Source: Ginglymostoma cirratum
Lineage: Eukaryota
Direction of reading: 5' to 3'
Length of the DNA: 64,000 bases
Assembly (NCBI GenBank): GCA_024137785.1
Contig: JAHRHZ010000024.1
Coordinates: forward strand, 9,475,885-9,539,884
Shown here: piece by piece, positions 63,443 through 64,000 of the stretch
How positions within the stretch are numbered: the first letter of the stretch is position 1
How the letters are laid out: each line of letters starts with the position of its first letter
Notes under the pieces: generated by a model
Told to the model about the DNA's origin: nothing
What the model saw: only the letters and a program-made list of their open reading frames with translations
Databases searched by the model: none
Program-made: the position numbers and the translations under genes

Positions 63443-64000
63443 CCAGGACCATAAGAAACTACAGGAGGTGGTGTACACAGCCCAGACCATCACAGAACCT
63501 TCCGTCCATGGACTCCATTTACATGGCTCACTGCTGTGGAAAGGCTGCCACCGTCCTCAAAGACCCAACACAACCTGGTAATGATCTCCTACAACGTCTT
63601 CCATCAGGCAGAAGATACAGAAGCCATGAACACATGCATGAGCAGGTTCAGGAACAGCTCTTCCTGCTGTTATTAGGCTGATGAATGGACTCTCTAGCCT
63701 CAAATAATGCTGATCTTGCTAATGTTGATCTTGCCTAGTGCATGCCCTGTGCAATGTGATACGAATGCTTCTGTCTAAGACATTTTGATCTGTATATCCT
63801 TGCTTACTATGAGATTCTCTGAAGAAGGGTCCCGACCCAAAATGTCAGCTTTCCTGTTCCTCTGATGCTGCCTGGCCTGCTGTGTTCATCCAGCTTTACA
63901 CCTTGTTATCTCTTACTTACTACGATCTGCCTGGACTGTTTGTAAACAAATCTTTTCGCTGTACTTCAGTATAAGTGACAATCAATCAATCAAACATACA
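63443..64000 (+). repeat. Inverted duplicate of 62044-62600 (about 99% identical), runs off the window edge
   Basis: Direct base-by-base comparison; about 6 differences. Confidence 0.95.

Noticed and set aside
1-64000. ORFs in the six-frame track as host genes
   Set aside because: Recognisable ones are frameshifted TE fragments or antisense SINE/LINE translations; the rest are short, lack domain motifs and show no coherent exon chain
63443-64000. Pure assembly artefact
   Set aside because: About 1% divergence, including CpG-type transitions, and a second matching breakpoint duplication favour a real rearrangement, though only long reads can exclude an artefact

Overview
Vertebrate non-coding DNA, most likely from a shark or other cartilaginous fish (inferred from HE1/V-SINE, DeuSINE, CR1 and Penelope-type repeats). 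I can support no intact host protein-coding gene: every recognisable ORF is a decayed transposon fragment. Roughly half the window is repeats: CR1 LINEs, a second LINE family with a tRNA-like head, Rex1/Babar, one 1.7-kb Penelope-like element, PIF/Harbinger and probable Gypsy remnants, several SINE families and three minisatellites. These are interleaved with repeat-free blocks that look like conserved non-coding elements. Main observations: (1) many short Penelope-derived inserts carry minimal hammerhead-ribozyme motifs, several are head-to-head palindromes, and several have 12-17 bp flanking direct repeats; (2) an apparent 1.7-kb micro-inversion with inverted duplications at both breakpoints (61.6-64 kb); (3) a candidate recursive splice site with a 99-nt exon (50.4-50.5 kb); (4) a tRNA-headed LINE together with an internally deleted SINE derivative. 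Family names come from recalled motifs, not database searches, and repeat boundaries are approximate.
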